Assembly (NCBI GenBank): GCA_043228905.1
Contig: JBHGNT010000007.1
Coordinates: forward strand, 21,204,001 to 21,268,000
Direction of reading: 5' to 3'
From: Azolla caroliniana
Lineage: Eukaryota; Plantae; Polypodiophyta
Length of the DNA: 64,000 nucleotides
Made by a program: the position numbers and the translations under genes. Under the pieces are notes generated by a model. That model was not told the origin of the DNA. It saw only the letters and a list, made by a program, of their open reading frames with translations, and ran no database searches. Below are positions 1 to 13,605 of the stretch, piece by piece (position 1 is the stretch's first letter; the number at the start of each line of letters is the position of its first letter).

Positions 1-574
1 CTTTTATGAGTTTTTGATTGTTTCTTTTTTCTTCTTTTTCTTTCTTTCTTTGTTATTAGAAATTAGCTCACCCTAGTGATAAGTTGTTATGTTACTATTG
101 CCTATGTCATATTTTCTTCATATTCTCGAATGTATGTTTTATGAGTTTTTGAACATTTGATTATAATTTATAATGACATATTTTGATTCAATCTCTATAG
201 TTCATACTCCTTTTTTTGTAAAGTTCTAAAGTGAGGATGATAGAGATGTCTTGATTCTTAAGAAGCATCCCAAAAGTATGCATGTGATACAATGCAAATA
301 TTGCAACCATACTTATGTTGGTGGTTCACAATGGATTAGAGTCCACTTATTGGGATTGAGAATGAATCAATATATAGTATAGACCATAGCCAATCCAATC
401 CAACTTGTCAATCCAATCCAGCTTTGAGATGATTTACCATACACGTTTGATTGAATCATTCTCGAATGCGAATGCACGTATGATACACACGGTTCATTCT
501 ATGCCCATACCCATACATACAAGAAGTATACATACATACCCATCCACACATTTGCACAAATACATATAAGTTTC

Positions 575-1259
575 TGTTGGGAATATGTCCCTCCAGTGGG
601 AGGATGATCCGATCGTTCGGAAAGCCGACAATCGAAGAGTCAAAAACAATGAGTCGACTGTTTGTGAATTCGACTATTATTATTATGGTAATAATAATGA
701 TGATGTTAAGAAACAAGTCTCTCCGGATGGGGAGAGAGAGAGGAGCCGAGTTGATGAGGGACTCGGCCGAGGTCGATAGGCCGAGGCCGAAACCATAATC
801 GTGTATATAGCCAACTCGGGAGGCTATACTTGTAAATAGTCTCAATGTGCGCCGGATGAGGGCTAGGTATGTAAATAGACGAAAAGTTGTGTAAGTATAT
901 ATGCAACTAGAGCAAACTTTATGATGTGTACAGAAGTTGTAGTGCGCTAGAGTGCGAATAGAGAGACTGAGAGTGTGTGTAAGCCGCGGCATAGGTGTGT
1001 GAGTAACAACAGACGCGAAGAGCCCTGTGCGGCTGATACACTCGACAGAGTGTTGTATTCCTCTTGATGTTGTATATCCACTTTGTATAGTGAAGAAATC
1101 TGTTCACCCGTGGTTTTCCCCGTTTTAGGGTTTCCATGTAAATCTCTGTGCACCATTGTTCATCTTGTCTTTTCTTGGCATATTTCTGTGATTCGTATTT
1201 CAGCGTGTAGTTCGTTTATTGTGATCTATTCCGCATCGATTTCTCATCAGTTTATAACA
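575..1259 (+). mobile_element. Putative solo LTR (copia-like)
   Basis: Termini are TGTTGG...ATAACA. Internal GTGGTTTTCCCC..GGGTTTCCATGTAAATCTCTGTG is typical of copia U5 regions. No matching TSD seen. Confidence 0.45.
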
Positions 1260-1290
1260 TTAAGGCATACTCAAATCTAGCCATACATAT

Positions 1291-2203
1291 TGTGGTGCAT
1301 GCCTTTTAATGCACCCTTTTAGCAGGCATGTAGCTAAGCCAACCCAAATGGGCACCTTTGTATCTTCTATAAGTTGAGCAAGAAGTAAGAAGCTAAGTAG
1401 GTTGGTTTTGATATCTTATGTGCATTTCACATAATTGGTGGAGAAGCGGGGTAAAATATTAGCCGCTAACACCTCGTTCATGGCGTCCCAACTCCCTCCC
1501 GCCGCCTCTGAAATCAATACCCCTATGCAGCCTTATGAGCGGCCTCCCCACTTCCAAATGGAGCAGCCCTTGCAAGTGCTCTCCAACGCTATGCTTCAAC
1601 TCAACCCTTGAAATTGACCTCTAGGGTGCTAATGGAAGAGTCAGGCCCCCACGTCCAAGCGTCCGCCTCTTCCGCTTTGTAGTTACTAGTTATGCATTGT
1701 TGTCGCCACCATCAATAACTCCACCCACACCATCTTGTTAGACTCTTGTAGTGGTATCTCTTCCATTACTGTTGCCTTAGTTCACCAGTTAGGCCTCCCG
1801 ACATCCACCGCTCCCTCCATCCAAGTCCTTTTTGACGATCACCAACATCTATACCAAGCCCGTTGCACTATCACCTTAGGCAATCTCACTTTCTCACACC
1901 ACTTTTATGTCTTGCCCCACCAACTCTTCCACCTCACCTTAGGCTGTGATTGGTTCCTCAAGCGTCACCCTATAATTGATTTCACTGCCCACCAACTTCT
2001 TGTTCCATGAGCTCCCCCGATCCCCCTCCTACAGATAGCCCTCCTGTCCCCTACCTCAGCTAAGTTCAGGTGGCCCTCAGTCCACAGGAGCGATTGATCT
2101 CTATCCGCCAATTGCTAGCTCATTTTCTGTCACTAGCCTCATCCAACTATTATCTGATCAGGGCCGCCAATTCCATGGGGATGTCCTCAATGTCGTTGTA
2201 GCT
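1291..2203 (+). mobile_element. Gypsy element X, 5' part: short LTR (1291-1431), PBS, retropepsin fragment
   Basis: The TG..CA segment 1291-1431 matches 49471-49622 (AGCTAAGCCAACC..CTTTGTATCTTCTATAA..GAAGCTAAGTAGGTTGGTTTTG). A PBS follows. ORF 1735-2010 has LLDSCSG...LTLGCDWF (retroviral aspartic protease). Confidence 0.7.
1436..1453 (+). promoter_or_regulatory. Primer binding site, tRNA-Ala-like
   Basis: TGGTGGAGAAGCGGGG lies 4 nt after the LTR-terminal CA and resembles the complement of the tRNA-Ala 3' end (tRNA sequence from memory). Confidence 0.6.
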
Positions 2204-2643
2204 TGTTGAGCGAGCAAGCTCAACCGGATTTGGATCGGCATACGGAAGGATGAGCTGGATCGGTATCCGAAAACAACCGGCCGGATCGAGGAGACGGATC
2301 GGAGAGCCGGATTCGAGCGGGAACCGGAAACCTAATAGTAGCCTAGACTACTAGGTAATCATTGTCTCGTAGTTAGTGTCAGTCGCACGTAGGAATATTG
2401 AAGTACCTGTCAGTACTTCGGTCAGTCCTTTATGGACTTGTATAAATAGGGATGTTTAGCACGTTGTATTACAAAGTTACAGAGTATTTTCATTTTTTGA
2501 ATCTACGCTTACGTTCTACTCTCTTTGCCTCTCCTACGTATACTCTTTGTATACTAAGCTTCTCCATTAAACCTTCATCTTATTCTTTGTTGCTATCCGA
2601 CTGAGCCGGTTTTGTCTAACGCTTCTGCACGTTTACATTCACA
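2204..2643 (+). repeat. 5' LTR of copia A (homologous to 48788-49070)
   Basis: TG..CA termini with the PBS directly after; shares a long block (GCCTAGACTACTAGGTAATCATTGTC..GTCAGTCGCACGTA) with 48788-49070. Confidence 0.9.
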
Positions 2644-5600
2644 TGGTATCAAAGCGCGAGGGTTGAGAACTCTGCAGCCAACAGACGCTTTCGAAGACAA
2701 ACCCTAATACCCGGTAAGGACAGACAGAGAAAGATATGGACAGAGGCATGTCGAGTTCACTTCCCATAGAGATGCTCGACTGGAGCAAGTACACGTCTTG
2801 ATCATATAAAATGCACCAGTACCTGCTGAGGCATGGATATTGGAGCTTCGTGGAAGGAACGAATGAGGTAGTGCTGGAGCAGCACACAATGACTTCTCGG
2901 TTTGGGAGCAAAGAGCAAGCCGAATACTGTACTGCCTCGCGTCTTGTGTGCACAACCAGATGCTTGGCTACATAAAGGATGCAAAAACACCAAAGGAGGC
3001 TTGGGGAAAGCTAAGGAAGATTTTCGCCGCAAGTACCATAGCCCGTAAGTTGCAGCTCCGGCAAGAGCTGAACAACATCCGGCAAAGAGACATGTTGGTT
3101 ACGGACTAGACCACCAAGATAAAGGAGATTTGCGACGCACTCGGGTCCATCAACGTGATGGTGGACGAAAACGAAATGGTACAAATCTGCCTTGGTGGTC
3201 TAGCGCAAAGGTACAGACCAATCCAGACATCGATCTGCACCCAGGAGAAACCACTGTCTTTCTTCGATTTGCCATCGATGTTGATGGTCGAAGAAAACCA
3301 CGCGAGTGGGTCAAGGACCACTCAATCGGATGGCCGGATGTTGTACACGGAGACAGATCGGCCCCATGGACGTGGTGGACAACGTGGACGATGTGGGTCG
3401 GCACGCAATGGAGGCGGCCGGCAAGAGCAAAACCGGAGGTACAGAGGTGCTGCAGACAACAATTCTGGACCTTCCACAAGCAGGGGGAGTCAAAGCGGCG
3501 TCGGGAACCGGCAAGGAAAGGCTGACACAGAATGCTGGTACTATGGCAAAAGGGCCACAGAGAAAGCGAGTGTTGGAAGAAGCGTACTGATTCGGACAAA
3601 TCCAGATTCGGCAAAACCGGTCGGGAAAACCGGCAAATCTCGCACTACGCGGAAGGATCGGAAGGATTCGAAATCAGGAAAACCGGTAAAGGGTCAGCCT
3701 TCGTGATGAAGCACAAGGCTAACTCAATGAAGAAGACTATTTCCAAATTGGAGGAAGTATGGTACGTTGATTCTGGAGCGTCCAACCACATGATGAGCCA
3801 TGAAGAGTGGTTCTCCTTTTTGGAGAAGCCGGAACAACCGGGGATTGTCGAAATCGTAGACGACATCTCTCACACGATTGTGCATGTTGGAGAAGTCCCT
3901 TTAAGCCATGTCGGACAAAACGGGAAGTTGATGAACGTACTACACGTTCCGACTATCACAAAGAACCTGGTGTCAGTTGGACAAATTGTCGACCAGGGGA
4001 GGCAGGTGCGGTTTACGCACCTAGGGTACTTCATCGAGGAAGAAGGCCGGATAATTGCGCAAGGGCGCAGAGAAGGGAGGATGTTCATCCTCAACACCAA
4101 TGATGTTGGCACCGCCATGTTTATCAAAGGGCAGAAGGTCGAGTCAGACATCGACCTGTGGCACAAGTGGATCGGCCATGTCAACTACCGGAGGCTTAAG
4201 AACCTGCAATCGAAACAAGTTGTCTTCGGTTTGCCAAAATTTAGCGGCCGGAATGGCGAAATTTGTGAAGCATGCTAACTCGGGAAGCAACACCGGCTTC
4301 CATTCCCCACCGAACGAAACTGGGACCGTAACAAGCTTGATCTAATACATTCGGATGTATGGGGACCGACGCAGAACATTAGTCTTGGCGGGAGTCGATA
4401 CTTCATCTCCTTCATCGACGACTACAGCCGGCACACGTGGATCTACCTCATTGAACGGAAGAGCGAAGTCTTTGAATGTTTCAGGAACTTGCAAACCTTA
4501 GTTGAACGGGAAATGGAGAGGAAGGTTAAGTGCTTGCGGTCGGATGGTGGAAAAGAATACTTTTTCGGCCAATTCAACAGTTATATGCAGCAAAACGGAA
4601 ATCGGAGAGAATTCAACTACAGATACATGCCGGAGCAAAACGGTGTGGCCGAAAGGAAGAACCAGTCGATTACGGGCGCGACAAGGGCAATGCTGAAGGA
4701 GAAGAGCATGCCCCAATTCTACTGGGCTGAGGGGGTCCAAACGACCGTCTACATCCAAAACCGGTTCGGAGACAAGGTGTCATCACATGAACTGTATTTC
4801 GGGCGGAAGCCGAATTTGAGACACCTTCGGATATTCGGTATCATAGCATATGTGCATGTACCGGATGAGAAGCAGAAGAAGCTAGATCCGAAGTTGGAGA
4901 AATGCATCCTAGTCACCTACTCGCATGAGCAGAAGGGGTATAAGTGCTATAACCCCCGGACTAAGTAGGTCGAGTAAGCCGAGATGTCGAGTTTGATGAG
5001 ACGGCATCATGGTACTCCTTACCAACTCCAACTCCTGATGAAGACCCGATTCCGGAAGATGAAGCTAGTGAGCTCGAGGAGGTCCAGGTAGAAGATGAAG
5101 ACTTTGACACTCTTGAAGAGAGTCCGATCTCACTCCGGCTTAGTGGATCGAATGAGCGGCATAGTTGAGATGACCAATCGGATGAAGAACTAGCGAGTAG
5201 TGGAGACTCTGCCGTGCTCTCCCCGCGTAAGGAACTGAGGAGATGGTTCACGCACAAAGTTAAGGGGAAGAAGAAGATGCCGGAATACGAAACTGGCAAC
5301 GTTGAGTTGGATCGGAGTGACTCCGACTCCGGAAAGGATGAAGGCAGATCTTCGGGAACAAAGTCCGAACCGGCCAAGAAGGGCCCCAAACCGGGTGATG
5401 ACAAGTTACGCCGGTCTTCCCGCATGAAGAACCCCATTACGCGGTACAAGTACAATGAGTACATGGTGCATCACTATGCGTACATGACCAAAGTGGCGGA
5501 AGTGCGTGAGCCAGAGAGCTACGCAAAAGTGAAAAAGGACGCAAATTGGCGTGCCACTATGGAAGAAAAAATGCGGGCACTCGATGCCAACGACACATGG

Positions 5601-6334
5601 ACCTCGTTGACCCTCCCCGACACTGTAAACCGATCGGTTGCAAATGGGTGTACAAGGTAAAGTACAATGCCGACGGTTCGATTAACCGATACAAGGCCCG
5701 GTTAGTGGCGAATGGATACGCTCAGACCCACGGAATCGACTACGACGAGACCTTCGCTCCGGTAGCGAAGATGATGACAGTTCGTGTGGTACTGGCGGTT
5801 GCCGCGGCAAGGGGGTGGCATCTTCACTAGATGGACGTGAAGAATGCGTTTCTTGAAGGAGACCTTCAAGAAGAGGTCTTTATGATCTAACCCCTCGGAT
5901 TTCAGTCGGAGATGAACAAGTCGGCGGTGTGTTGGCTTAAGAAGTCGCTTTACGGTCTGAAACAAGCCCCCGGAGCTTGGAATGCGAAGATCACGCACCG
6001 GTTGCGTAAGATGGGGTTTGATACCTCTAAATCCAACTCCACGTTGTTCGTCCGGCAAGGTCCTACTTTATGTTCATGATTTAGTCATCATCGAACCTGG
6101 ACTCAATGAAATCGGCCGAGTAAAGTCGCATTTGAAATGAAGGACCTGGGGGACCTTCATTATTTTTTTGGGATGGAGGTGATCCGAACTCCCGACGGCA
6201 TATTGCTCTCACAACGACACTATGTGTTGAATATGCTATACAAGTTCGGCATGCCGGAATGCTGACCTGTCTCCACACCCCTGGACTGGAACCAGAAGCT
6301 CAGTCCCAACTCCAGACCGACCTGCAATGAGAAA
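2204..6334 (+). mobile_element. Ty1/copia element A, 5' half (LTR 2204-2643, PBS-Met, degenerate gag-PR-INT-RT)
   Basis: LTR TGTTGAG...TTCACA; PBS TGGTATCAAAGC at 2644; zinc knuckle CWYYGK.GHRESEC; PR WYVDSGASNHM; INT LRSDGGKEY and PEQNGVAERKN; [27 protein letters not shown]. Many stops and frameshifts; breaks off after ..PTCNEK. Confidence 0.92.
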
Positions 6335-8296
6335 GCCCCCAATATTGAATGGTTTTCGAACTATTTAGCCGACGTCAGCGGCATAGTCCGACTAGGAAAC
6401 ATGCAGGAGTGCAGAGTAGAAGGAACCCGAAAAGTTCCCATCCGATTGTCAAACGATAATGTGATCACCCTACACCAAGTTCAGCACGTACTCGATCTGA
6501 AGAGGAGTTTTGTCTCCATTGACATGCTAGCTGAAGATGGATATCATACAACTCTCAATGAGTCAACATGGAGGATCAGCCAAGGAAATCTCAAGATCAA
6601 GAGTGGACAAGTGCAACAAGTTGTACCCATTGATGGCAATCAATCCAGAAGGGGTCGTGAATGTAGCTGAAAAGACCGACTCGAATATATGGCATGGCTG
6701 AGTTGGTCACATGTCTCAAGCCGGACTCGATCGGTTGATGGCTGTAGGCTACATCTCGAAACTTCAAGTAAAGACGGAATTCTGAGAGCATTGTCGAAAC
6801 GGGAAACAAACCCGAAGTCTGCACTCTCTATACTACGAGACGGTATGACATCCCCTAGATCTCGTGCACACAGATATATGTGGGCCCATGCTAGAACGAT
6901 CGCTAGGAGGCTCCCGGTACTTCATCATATTTGTAGATGATTGTACATGGAAGGTTTGGGCCTACTCCATCAGGTCCAATGACGAAGCACTCGAGCTTTT
7001 CACCAGATGGATATCTGAAGTAGAGAACCAGTTGGGATACAGAGTGAAGACACTCAGATCCGACCGCGGAGGTGAATACAACTCCAGAGCCTTCAAACAG
7101 TACATGTCTGACAAAGCTATCCGGAATCAAAAGACCGTTCCTTATACACCCATGCAGAATGGTGTGGCTGAACGGATCAACCGAACGATCCAAGAGAGGA
7201 TGACAGCAATGCTCCAACAAGTCGGACTAAAGCTGGAATTCTGGGCAGTGGTGTTGCAGACGGCAGTATATCTGGTAAATCTGTCGCCATCAAGAGCAAT
7301 AAGGCTCAAAGTGCTACAACCACTATGGTCAAGCAAACTGCCTACCTACAATAGGCTCCGTATATTCGGATGCAAAGCCTACGGCTTCATCCCCAAAGAG
7401 AAAAGGACCAAGTTGGCACCCCATGCGACAAAGTGCATATTTCTCGGTTATGGAACCGATGGAAACTTCGGCTATGGGACCTAGAGAACCAAAAATTGAT
7501 CTAGAGTAGTGACATAGTCTTCAATAAAGACTCTATCTTCTCTCAGCGGAACAAACAGAAAACAATTGGTAAAAAGGTATCTTTCGAAGACGACGGAGCC
7601 GTCGTAAAAGGACCGACCCTCCGGGCCGAATCTCCGATTCAACAAACAATCGAACTAGAACAAGCTGACAATACATCTATCAACTCTGGATCGGCAATAG
7701 GTCCAATAGTCGAAATCAAAGAAAAAGCCATCAAAGACACAACCGAATTGACAAGAGTCGAAAAAGGCATAGTTAACAAGACGCAAGTTGGAGATAGAAC
7801 CGAGTCGACAAAGTTCACGGGAAGAACACCATTACACCAGCTAAAATCCCAGCTTAGGGGCGGGACATCAAACAAGACTCCTGATACAAATGGTTCAACA
7901 AATACCGATCGACCAACAACGTCGATCGAAGGATCTGAACCACTCATTTCGGCACCCAAGAGATCTGGACCAACTCGAAGGCAGACAGAGTTCTATCAAC
8001 CGGGCCTCGACTACGGGTGTACAAGCTAAAACTAGGAGACACCAGAAATACACCGAGGTACAAAGCCTAGATCATGGTGAAGGGGTTCCAACAGAAGAAA
8101 GGAGAGGATTTCGACGAGATCTTTGCCCCGGTACTCAAGATGACATCCATGCGGACGGTGTTGAGCATAGCGGCGATCATGGACCTTGAGGTCGAACAAC
8201 TCGATGTTAAGTCGTTGTTCGTTCATGGGGACCTCGAGGAGGAGATCTATATGTAGCAGCTGGAGGGATTCATCAAGAAAGGGAAGGAGAACCTAG
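6335..8296 (+). mobile_element. Ty1/copia element B internal fragment (PR remnant, integrase, start of RT; no LTRs)
   Basis: EWFSNY..VRLGN (PR region); HTDICGPM, LRSDRGGEY, TPMQNGVAERINRT (INT); FDEIFAPVLKMTS, EQLDVKS, GKENLV (RT). Different family from A. Confidence 0.88.
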
Positions 8297-11200
8297 TGTG
8301 ACGGTGTTGCATTGTTACGCGCATGCGCGGAGAACGAGGCGGGACCACGGGGGCCTTGGACCAAGAATTAACCGAATGAGAAGAGGGGAAGGAAACTACC
8401 GATGTACTCCACACGCACACAGAAACACAGATTCACAGGAGTTGCAACTAACTCCGAATGATGGAGACAGAACGAATGTATATATATAAATCGAGGAGTT
8501 ACAACCGGCAAGCCGGCGAGTGATAGGCTCTGACACCTGCACACACACACACACACACGCACAGACCGCGAGATGGAGACTCTACCAGAAGCACTCGGGC
8601 GTTCCGCGGAGCAGAGTCAGCCTCCTGAGAACTTGCATAGAATGACTATGGAGAAGACAGAGGAGAAGAACTCGGTTCCAGTCCGGCTGCACTCCGTCCT
8701 CCACAAAACGCGATATCTTTTTACAATACCTCTCCCTCTCTTTTATAGCCCAAGGAGGGAGGCCGTTACCACCCGTTACATCATGTTTATTCCCTGTCCT
8801 TTCGGACAGGGATACGCCTCGATTTTCTCCCTAATGAATGCGTGCTACCTAGGATTTCACCTCAGCCGACTTGTAGCTATCTACGTACTATACAACAAAA
8901 CTTGTGCCCACGTGTAAGGGCCGGTTTACGCACGTTATACCCGGTTTCCGCCTAGGGACGGTTTTCTCCACGACATCCGCCCCCACCTAACTGCGCATCC
9001 ACCGGTATGCGCCAAAATTAGACCCTTTGCCAGAGAAGACCGGCCCACACTTATCCTTCGTCCTCCGGATCTTCATCCGTTCTGAGCCGGTCATTGTTGC
9101 CATCCAGGTCGTCCGGGTCCGGTTCAACCTCGTGCCACTTTTTGAATGCTTTGATCCTTTTCCCCGCCACCGGCACCACTATCCTTGTCCTGTCGAGCTC
9201 CGCGAGATGGTAGGTCCCATTGTCGTTGGCGCTTGTCACCACATAAGGCCCGAACCACCTTCTTGCAAACTTCCGCATTGCCCTGTGCTGATTGTCGAGG
9301 TTGCTGTCATACACTAGAACCCAGTGGCCTTCCTTGATCTTCTTCAGTCTCAGTTGGTGAGTCCGGTCGAACTGTCCTTTGTTCTTTACCCTCGCCACCC
9401 GTAGCTTCTCCGCGGCTCGGTCCACGTCCTCCGGTCTTCGCTCCAGCTGCCGAATCCGTGCCGCTAATAGCTCCTCCCGACTCATCTCGTCTTTCCAGTC
9501 CACCGTGGCCCATGAGGAGATCGTCTACTCCGTTGGCATGATCAGCTTCTGCCCGTACATTAGCTCTGCCGGCATGAACCCAGTTACCAAACTGTGCGTA
9601 GTTCGGTCCGCCTACAAGGCATAGGGTAAGAGCCGCGGCCAGTTCCCGACTTGGCCTCCACACGCTCGTACTAACGCTTTGACGATCGGCCCGTGTCCGT
9701 GTTCCACCTTCCCGTTAGCCTCCGGATTGTACGTTGTGGTGAGTGAGAGTTTAATCCCTAGCCGGTCAAACAACTCTTCCGCCTCTTGCGTGTCCAATTC
9801 TCCGCGGTTAGCCATGATCTTACCTACGCACCCGTACCGCCATACCACTTCTTCGATCAGAAATCGGCACACGGCCACGGTCGTTTTGTTCAGTAACGCT
9901 CGGCCTTCCACCTGGTTCGTCAGGTTCTCCCGAGCCAACACTAGATACCGCATCTGCCCTACCCCCATCGGCATCGTCACTAGATCCACCATCCACTTGA
10001 AGTGGACGGTCGGAGGGTAGGTCGGGTGAAGCTCGTCCCGATGTCGGACTATGGAGTGCACCTGACAGCTTTCGCAAGTCATCACGAACCGATGCACGTC
10101 CTAGTATAGTCCCGACCACCAGTACTTCCCCTTTAACTTCTCGAATGTGGCCCACGTCCCGCGGTGTTCGGCCCAAGGACTGTCGTGGTATGCCGTCAGC
10201 AATTCTTCCTGTTCGTCTTTCTCTTCTTCGGGTGCTTCCATATGCTCCCGTCCCGTAGGAAGAATCGGTACGCTTTCTTCCGAATCCGGTTGATCTCTTC
10301 ATTCGTCCACGTCGTGTCCGGTGTCATTGTCTTCAGGAACTTGCCGATCTGGAGCTACTCCCCGTCGTACTTACTCTCGTCGAATTCGTTAAGCGTCGGA
10401 GTGCTCCCCTTTCTTGTTGTTACGTAAGCCGCTTCAATGAAGTCCACGCCGACTTCCTCGTCCTCCGAAACCATGCCGTCCTTATCATCGAACCTCGCTC
10501 TTGAAAGCATGTCGGCCATGGCATTGTCCTTTCCGGAAATGTGTCGTATTTCCGAATTCAGGGACTTGATGTACGCTATCCACCCGAGCATCGCCAGGTC
10601 CGGCGTCGCGCATCCGGAAACCATGCCGAGAATCGGCAGGCAGTCCGTCTCGATTATCACCTCTGTCCTGATCAGGTAGTCTTTATCGGCCTTGACCGCC
10701 GAAACAATACTCCAGAGTTCGCGTTTAACCTGGGCGTACCCTCGCTGTCGCTCACTGAGGACTTTTGCGCCGAACCGGATGGGGAACCTCGCGCCATTGT
10801 CATCCTCTTGGTTGATCACCCATCCGATCCCGGTCAGACTCGTGTCTACGGTCACGTAAATCGGAGTGTCGTTGCCGTAGACAACCTTTCGGAGCGTCGT
10901 GCCACGACAAGTGCTTCTTTCATCTTCCGGACCGACTCTATATGCTCGTCTCTCCACTCGAATTTATGCCCTTTCTTCAGCAACCCATAGAGTGGCTCCG
11001 TGACGTGGGCGTAATGCGGGATCCAGATATGGTAGAACACACATGCTCCCAGGAATCTTTGGACCTCCGTAACCGAATTGCAGTCTTGCTTCATCTTGGA
11101 GATGGCCTCCACCTTGGCCGGAGACGGTTTCCGACCATATGGCCCGCATAGGTGTCCGACGACCATGATCTCTGATTGCCCGAAGGCCGATTTTTCCCTG

Positions 11201-12355
11201 GAGAAGGTGAGCCTCGCGCCTTCTAGTCTTTGCAGTAGCTTCTCCCAGTCATCGACGTGAGCCTCCATGAATTTCCAACATCCGTCCGGTTCGATTGTCT
11301 CGTCCCTTTCCTCCACCAGGCATCCTTTGATCGGGATGTTGTCTAAGAATGGCATGGTGATGCCCGGGATACAATCCCTCAACACTTTGTTCATTGCGTT
11401 CACCATGTGGGCCACCGAGTTCGTCCCTCCTTGCGGGAGGGTACACATCCGCACTAGGCTGAGAGGGGTCTGCATTGTCGTAATGTCCATGCTCTCCACG
11501 GCTAGTTGGAACTGATCGTACCCTGAGTCAGATCACCGACTGAGTAAATATACCTTTCGGCGAAGGCCTCCGCGAACTCGTCTATTGTTGGTCCGATTCC
11601 TGCATTCCGAATGGTCACCTTGTTGACTGGCTGTAGGTCTTGAATAAAGAGCAACGTGCCGTTCTTCTTTGGCACGGTAAACCACCGATTCGAGTATGGG
11701 GCATTCGACGGTTCGAGGATGCCCATCTCCACCTTCTGTTTCAGCAACTCCATTAGCTTCGGGATGTGAGCTCTGGGTACCGGAATCGGTTTGAGATTCC
11801 ACGGCACATGCGGTACCGTGAAGATCACCATTGGTTCCACAACCGTCGGGTCTACGCACCTGATCTCCTCCGACGAGAATGCGAAAGCCTTCCCGTGCCT
11901 CCCGAGCATTCTCCGAAACCGGTCCTCTTCCTCCGGCAGTAGAAAGCCACCTCCACCGATCTTGAGCTCCCATAGCGTTATGTCGCTGAACGTGTGGCCT
12001 ATGCTAGCCGGATCTCGTAAACTTGGGTCCGACGCGACCCCCTTTATCTGTAACTCGCTGCCCTCCGGCAAGGGTGCTGCGACCGGCCTCACCTTCCGGT
12101 CCACAGTCTTGTACTTCGTATCCACTCGGGCTGTCCGATCCGACTCGAGTCCATTCATGAAGTCGGCGATGACTTCGTACATCCTTTCCGAACACACCGG
12201 AATTGTCCGGTTCTCATTAAGGCCTCCGAACACCACCCGTAACTTCCCCAAGGTGTCGTCGAAAGAGACCACCTCCACGGCTCCGTTGATTTCCTCTTCA
12301 GGGACGAGGACTTCGCATGCCCGAAGTCGCTCCTTCGCCCGCTTATTTTCATGGC
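8297..12355 (-). mobile_element. Ty3/gypsy element, 3' part (RT-RNaseH-INT, PPT, 3' LTR 8297-8975)
   Basis: Minus-strand ORFs: WFTVPKKNG, LPQGGTNS, FLDN (RT); VTVDTS..KRELW..IETDC (RH); YNPEANGKVE, WFGPYVV (INT). PPT-like TTAGGTGGGGGCGGA precedes TGTCGTGG at 8975. Confidence 0.9.
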
Positions 12356-13605
12356 CAACTACGCGTAAGTTCGCGAAGCGATGGTTCGGGCCATATGTGA
12401 TAATTAGGGTCAATGATAACGCGACGTATCATCTCGTCGAGCTTGACGGGACCCGAATGATGACTCCGGTGGCTGGAAAGCGGATAAAGGCCTTCAAAAG
12501 GCGGAGCGAGACCCAGGAGCCGAAAGTGCCAGTTCAGAAAGGGAGGACGAGTAGCGGATGGCTCGGAATCCCTCACTAAATTCGCTACCCGGCACATAAT
12601 AGAGTATGTGCGGTTTAGTGGGGGTGGATGTTGTGAAGATTTCGCCGAGCTTGACGGGACCCGAATGACGACTCCGGTGGCCAGAAAGCGGATAAAGGCC
12701 TTCAAAAGGCGGAGCGAGACCTAGGAGCCGAAAGCGCCAGTTCAGAAAGGGAGGACGAGTACCGGATGGCTCGGAATCCCTCACTAAATTCGCTACCCGG
12801 CACATAACAGAGTATGTGCGGTTTAGTGGTGGTGGATGTTGTGAAGATTCCGGGCCATAGGCGGAAACGATGTGAAACGCGTAGGAACATTGATGTGCAT
12901 GAGTGTGCACCCCTAGTGAATTAAATAGTGTAAGTACTGGGCATAGGTAGAAGGAGGTGTACTAGGTAGTTAAAGCATTAATAGGGATTCAGACATCCCG
13001 TAAGTAGGGAGAGTTACGAGGAGAGCGAATCAAGGGGGAGAATCTAGGAAGGGAAAGAGACAAGTCATGAATGCTTTGTAACGGTCGCTCCTTGTGCTAT
13101 AAAAGGGGCGACCTTTGACTGTTTCGGGGATATCGTCTAGAGAGGAGAAAGAAACAGAGAGAGGTCCCGGGAGAAGAGAGAAGACGAGGAGTCCTACAAC
13201 GTATCACCGAAAGGCGCTTCCCTTGCTCGTGTTAGACGCCCGAGTGCTCCCGACCAGCGGATCGACCTTCTGTGCGCCCACTCAACTCCATATCTGACTA
13301 CTGTAGAACCTACGCTCGAATACCAGCACTGATCCGGTTGTAATCACCCACAACGCTAAGCGTATATTTTGATTAATAGAAGCTTATCCAGCTTGCGCAA
13401 GTTATTCTTAGCATATTTGTCTGCGCCTGTATCTACGCACGATCCTCTTACACTATTTCTCTTGTTTTGCTAATCTTTCCTGTTTAAACCGCGGTCTCAG
13501 GGCTCACGTAAGCCACAGACCCTTCCTCCTCACTTCTTGATTTCTTGGTTCAAGACCCCCCTGGTCTTGCCCAACTTCTACGCATCCGCGAGGATCTCCT
13601 CGACA
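12356..13605 (+). mobile_element. Related Ty3/gypsy 3' end (INT C-terminus, PPT, 3' LTR 12837-13605)
   Basis: RKFAKRWFGPYVIIRVNDNATYHLVELDG matches the INT tail at 9051-9503. LTR TGTTGTG...CTCGACA; its end (TTCTTGGT.CAAG.CCCCC.TGGTC) resembles the end of the 8297-8975 LTR. Confidence 0.85.
12434..12849 (+). repeat. 208-bp tandem duplication containing the INT end, PPT and first ~13 nt of the LTR
   Basis: TGTTGTGAAGATT occurs at 12629 and 12837 and the preceding sequence is near-identical. Confidence 0.9.
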
